Shown in pieces: positions 60,072 through 64,000 of a stretch of DNA of 64,000 bases; positions within the stretch are counted from its first letter, which is position 1; each line of letters begins with the position of its first letter. This DNA comes from Candidatus Saccharicenans sp. (lineage in GTDB: Bacteria > Acidobacteriota > Aminicenantia > Aminicenantales > Saccharicenantaceae), in NCBI GenBank assembly GCA_035416665.1, contig DAOLNQ010000001.1, positions 158,733 through 222,732 of the forward strand, in the 5' to 3' direction. The translations under genes were made by a program, and so were the position numbers. The notes under the pieces are model-generated. The model was not told the origin of the DNA, searched no databases, and saw only the letters and a list, made by a program, of their open reading frames with translations.

Positions 60072-62708
60072 ATGATGACAGAAGAGAAGAAAATCCTGGA
60101 AAAATCCTATGACCCCAAACCAGTCGAAGCCAGGTGGTCAAAATTCTGGCTGGATAGCAGGCTATTTGAAGGCCAGGTAAGGTCCAGCAAGCCCAAATTT
60201 TCTATGGTTTTGCCCCCACCGAATGTCACCGGCGTACTGCATATGGGCCATGCTCTATGTTTTACCCTGCCCGATATTATTGTTCGCTGGAAGAAAATGC
60301 AGGGTTACAACACGATGTGGTTGCCGGGAACAGATCATGCCTCGATCGCCGTTCACAATGTCATCGAGCAGAATTTAAAAGAGAAAGGGCTGAGTCGGGA
60401 ACAGGTCGGCCGGGAGGAGTTCCTCCACCTCGCCTGGGAATGGAAGAAAAAATACGGTGGAGTGATTACTGAACAGCTCAAGCGTCTGGGCTGTTCTCTG
60501 GACTGGTCGCGGGAAAGATTTACTCTCGATGAAGGTTTTTGTAAGGCTGTCAATTATGTCTTCGTCTCACTTTACAACGAAGGCCTTATTTATCGTGATT
60601 ACTATCTGGTCAATCGCTGTCCTCGCTGCCAGACCGTCCTTTCTGATATTGAGATTGAGCATCAGGATGTAAAGGGCCATCTCTGGTATATAAGGTATCC
60701 CTTACCTGACTCCAATGAGGAAATAGTGGTGGCCACCACCAGACCCGAGACCATGCTGGGTGATACGGCCATCGCTGTCCACCCCGATGATGAGCATTAC
60801 AAAAAGTTTCATGGAAGGAAAGTTCTGCTGCCACTCCAGAACCGCCTTATCCCGGTCATCACTGATGAACAGGTCGAAAGAGATTTCGGAACTGGAGCGG
60901 TTAAAGTTACACCTGCTCATGATCCGGTTGACTTTGAACTGGGCAAAAAGCATGGCCTGGAGCAGATTATTGTCATCGACGGCAGCGGCCATATGACTGA
61001 AGCAGCCGGTGAGGAATTCAAAGGTCTGGATCGTTTCGTCTGCCGGGAAAAAGTAGTTGAAAAGCTCAAAGAACTTGGCTATCTGGTTAAAGTTGAGGAT
61101 TACAGCCACGCGGTCGGGCACTGTTACCGCTGCAAAACGATTATTGAACCCTATCTTTCCTGGCAGTGGTTTGTCAAAATTGAGCCACTGGCCAAAGAAG
61201 CTATCAAAGCAGTGGAGGACGGAAGAATCGTTTTCATTCCCGAAAACTGGACTAAAACCTATTTTGACTGGATGTATAAAATTCATGATTGGTGTATTTC
61301 ACGGCAACTGTGGTGGGGCCATCGCATTCCTGCCTATTACTGCCAGAATTGCCAGCATATCATGGTCTCAATGGACAAACCCGCCGCCTGCGAGAAATGT
61401 GGTGGACCGGTCGTTCAGGATGAAGATGTTCTTGACACCTGGTTCTCTTCTGCTCTGTGGCCCTTCGCCACCCTGGGCTGGCCAGAAGAAACTGAAGATC
61501 TCAAAGTTTTCTATCCGACTGACCTGATGTCAACCGGTTTTGACATCATTTTCTTCTGGGTAGCCAGAATGATTATGATGGGCCTCAAGTTTATGAAGGA
61601 AGTTCCTTTTAAAGAGGTTTTCATCAATGGTCTGGTCCGGGATGTGAAGAAAAGGAAAATGAGTAAATCCGAGGGTAATATTATCGACCCGCTGGAGATG
61701 ATCGACAAATACGGGACAGACGCCCTGCGCTTTACCTTAGCTTCTTTAGCTGTCCCCGGTATGGATATTGCTCTATCTGAAGAAAGAATGGCTGGCTATC
61801 GGGCCTTTGCCAATAAAATCTGGAATGCCTCCCGTTTTGTTTTGATGAATCTCGGCCAGGAAAAAACGGCTGTTGTTGAGGAGCCGCTGACTCTTCCTAA
61901 CCGCTGGATTCGCAGCCGTCTGACCAGGGTTATTGAGCAACTGAATGATTCTCTGAAAAATTATAGATTCTACGAGGCAGCCGAGACTATTTACCATTTT
62001 ATCTGGCATGAATTCTGCGACTGGTATATCGAATTTATCAAACCTGAGCTCAAGCAGGGCAACAAGAATACCGAAGCGGTGATGGTTGAGACACTCGATC
62101 AAATCTTAAGACTCCTCCATCCTTTTATGCCCTTTATTACGGAGGAAATCTGGCATCACCTGCCGGGCAGTGGCTTATCGCTGCTCACCGAGAGCTGGCC
62201 TGTGGCTGAGGAGCAATGGCTGGATGAGGAAGCAGAAGAGACGATGAGGTTTTTGCAGGAGCTTATTTCTGAAGTGAGAAGAATCAGGGCGGACAATCAA
62301 CTGCCTGTCAAAGAAAAGGTAAACCTCTGGATAAGCGACCGCGACAGAAGCCAGAAACTGACTGGCTCACACGAAGAGGCAATCAGACTTCTGGCCGGTG
62401 TAGAGAGAATCGAATATGTGATGGAAATGCCATCTGCTGAACACCTTCTTAAAGGAGTCGCCGGGACAACCGAAATCGGCCTGCAGCTGGCCAGAGCCAT
62501 AGACCATGAACAGGAAAGGGAGCGACTCCAGAAGGAGCTGGTTCGCCTGGAGGAAGATCTGGCCAAAATCCGGGTGCGTCTGGAAAATCTTGATTTCAAA
62601 CAGAAAGCACCCCAAAAAGTGGTGGCAGAACATGAACAGCGCCGGCAGGAACTTGAGCTTAAAAAAGAAAAACTACTGAAAAGCTTATCAGAGCTGCAAG
62701 AGCTTTAA
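60072..62708 (+). CDS. valS: Valine--tRNA ligase
   Basis: HMGHAL (HIGH), KMSKS, and a C-terminal coiled coil. 878 aa. Confidence 0.95.
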   Translation: MMTEEKKILEKSYDPKPVEARWSKFWLDSRLFEGQVRSSKPKFSMVLPPPNVTGVLHMGHALCFTLPDIIVRWKKMQGYNTMWLPGTDHASIAVHNVIEQNLKEKGLSREQVGREEFLHLAWEWKKKYGGVITEQLKRLGCSLDWSRERFTLDEGFCKAVNYVFVSLYNEGLIYRDYYLVNRCPRCQTVLSDIEIEHQDVKGHLWYIRYPLPDSNEEIVVATTRPETMLGDTAIAVHPDDEHYKKFHGRKVLLPLQNRLIPVITDEQVERDFGTGAVKVTPAHDPVDFELGKKHGLEQIIVIDGSGHMTEAAGEEFKGLDRFVCREKVVEKLKELGYLVKVEDYSHAVGHCYRCKTIIEPYLSWQWFVKIEPLAKEAIKAVEDGRIVFIPENWTKTYFDWMYKIHDWCISRQLWWGHRIPAYYCQNCQHIMVSMDKPAACEKCGGPVVQDEDVLDTWFSSALWPFATLGWPEETEDLKVFYPTDLMSTGFDIIFFWVARMIMMGLKFMKEVPFKEVFINGLVRDVKKRKMSKSEGNIIDPLEMIDKYGTDALRFTLASLAVPGMDIALSEERMAGYRAFANKIWNASRFVLMNLGQEKTAVVEEPLTLPNRWIRSRLTRVIEQLNDSLKNYRFYEAAETIYHFIWHEFCDWYIEFIKPELKQGNKNTEAVMVETLDQILRLLHPFMPFITEEIWHHLPGSGLSLLTESWPVAEEQWLDEEAEETMRFLQELISEVRRIRADNQLPVKEKVNLWISDRDRSQKLTGSHEEAIRLLAGVERIEYVMEMPSAEHLLKGVAGTTEIGLQLARAIDHEQERERLQKELVRLEEDLAKIRVRLENLDFKQKAPQKVVAEHEQRRQELELKKEKLLKSLSELQEL

Positions 62709-62737
62709 GTTCGAGCCAACCGCTAAAAGCATAAACC

Positions 62738-63490
62738 ATGAATGAAATAAATTTCGGCGAGCTGGCCTTTAGGTTTACGACCATTGACTCGACCATGAAT
62801 TTTGGTCGCCTGCTGGCCAGACTCGGCTTTCCGGAAGGAACGGCCGTGCTGGCCGATGAGCAAACTGCCGGTCGAGGAACCAAAGGCAGGCGCTGGCATT
62901 CACCAGCCGGGAAAGGACTTTATGTATCATTTCTGCTCAGGCCACCTGCCCCCCTTTTACATCTTCTACCGCTGGCAGCCGGGGTAGCAACAACAGAGAC
63001 CATCCGTCAGCTGAGCGGAGTGGAAATTGACCTGAAATGGCCTAATGATCTTCTCTTTAAAGGTAAAAAGATCGGTGGGATTTTGTGCGAGGCAGAGACC
63101 GCAGAGAAAGACAGACCTTATGTTATAGCCGGATTCGGGCTTAATCTTAATCATCACCTGGAAGATTTCCCGGAAGAAGTGGTCGGGCGGGCCACCTCAC
63201 TTCTTCTTATCACCGGAAAAAGCTTTCCGACTGAAGACTTTCATCAGCTGCTTGGTCAGGAGTTTCAATTCTGGTATAATAAGCTAAAAGAAGGGCAGGT
63301 TAATTCTATAATCAAAATTGTGGAAGACAGACTAACTTTCTCTACAGGTCAGGCTCTGATTATCAAAGAGAGAGAAGGAGAGGTCTCCGGCCGATTTGGT
63401 GGACTTGCTCCGGATGGAAGTTTAATTCTTCAAATCGGTCAGGATAGAAAAAAATTTTACGCTTCAGAAATAATTAAAGTTATAAGCTAA
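62738..63490 (+). CDS. birA: Biotin--[acetyl-CoA-carboxylase] ligase (group I, no HTH domain)
   Basis: GRGTKGRRWHSP is the BPL signature. 250 aa. Confidence 0.85.
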   Translation: MNEINFGELAFRFTTIDSTMNFGRLLARLGFPEGTAVLADEQTAGRGTKGRRWHSPAGKGLYVSFLLRPPAPLLHLLPLAAGVATTETIRQLSGVEIDLKWPNDLLFKGKKIGGILCEAETAEKDRPYVIAGFGLNLNHHLEDFPEEVVGRATSLLLITGKSFPTEDFHQLLGQEFQFWYNKLKEGQVNSIIKIVEDRLTFSTGQALIIKEREGEVSGRFGGLAPDGSLILQIGQDRKKFYASEIIKVIS

Positions 63491-63530
63491 ATTGAACCGG
63501 AAAAGTATAATGAGCACTCAGGAGAAAAAG

Positions 63531-64000
63531 ATGATCATGGCCTTTGATATCGGCAATACCACTATGGCCCTTGGTGTTTATCAGGCAAAAAAACTGATTG
63601 CTAACTGGAGAATTAAAAGTGATCGCGAAAAAACCCCAGACGAATACGGGTTGATTCTCTGTGACCTGCTGGAACACGAAAAGCTTTCCTCCCGCAAAAT
63701 TAAGGGAGCTATTATTTCCTCCGTGGTTCCACCAATTACTCCTGTTATTGAACAAGCGGTGGAGAAATTCTTCGGGGTCAAACCACTGCTGGTTGGACCG
63801 GGACTTAAAACCGGCATACCAATTCTTTATGAGAACCCGGCCGAGGTTGGTCCAGACCGCATTGTGGCTGCTTACGCCGCCTATAAAAAGTATAGGGGAC
63901 CCTGCCTTATCGTTGATTTCGGGACAGCCACCACCTTTGATGCTATCTCAGCCGCCGGCGAATATCTGGGTGGATCAATTGCTCCCGGCATTCAAATCTC
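63531..64000 (+). CDS. coaX: Type III pantothenate kinase (5' portion; continues beyond the window)
   Basis: MIMAFDIGNTT (ASKHA N-terminus), ...VDFGTATTFD... AGGAG RBS 7 nt upstream of the ATG at 63531. An in-frame ATG also occurs at 63510. Confidence 0.8.
   Translation, partial: MIMAFDIGNTTMALGVYQAKKLIANWRIKSDREKTPDEYGLILCDLLEHEKLSSRKIKGAIISSVVPPITPVIEQAVEKFFGVKPLLVGPGLKTGIPILYENPAEVGPDRIVAAYAAYKKYRGPCLIVDFGTATTFDAISAAGEYLGGSIAPGIQI

Overview
This 64-kb window is a dense, mostly housekeeping stretch of a bacterial chromosome of moderate GC content. It carries about 60 protein-coding genes and four tRNAs. No CRISPR array, transposase, integrase or rRNA was seen.

The recognisable genes include murA, murB, ligA, dnaE, valS, guaA, gltA, gatC-gatA, a rplU-rpmA-obg-nadD-rsfS-rlmH-dksA-comF block, htpX-lemA, an hsp20 gene, nadE, rsmI, birA and coaX.

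Several features suggest an anaerobic lifestyle. There is a complete group-3d bidirectional NAD-linked [NiFe] hydrogenase locus (hoxF-hoxU-hoxY-hoxH, a maturation protease, hypB and hypA). There is a split cobalamin-dependent methionine synthase (metF, a metH core, and a stand-alone reactivation-domain gene). There is also a split glutamine-dependent NAD synthetase (a nitrilase-like gene overlapping nadE).

Three loci stand out as unusual:
(i) A GapN-like aldehyde dehydrogenase homolog in which the conserved general-base Glu of the ELGGK motif appears to be replaced by Gly. It is translationally coupled, by an ATGA overlap, to a 1406-aa protein. That protein's C-terminal ~500 aa are a pyruvate-phosphate-dikinase-like ATP-grasp plus phosphohistidine swivel module without the PEP/pyruvate TIM barrel, and its first ~870 aa match nothing I recognise. 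A divergent 425-aa GAPDH paralog lies convergent to it, with a perfect 8-1-8 palindrome upstream.
(ii) A 1540-aa protein that fuses an AMP-forming acyl/aryl-CoA ligase domain, about 700 aa of unknown sequence and a C-terminal GNAT acyltransferase. It sits directly upstream of the rplU operon and next to tRNA genes.
(iii) An AT-rich islet encoding a secreted beta-propeller-like protein and a truncated paralog of it.

Gene coordinates follow the ORF track, with starts corrected where an internal ATG or TTG with a ribosome-binding site looked more plausible. Functional calls rest on motifs I could read directly. No database search was run.
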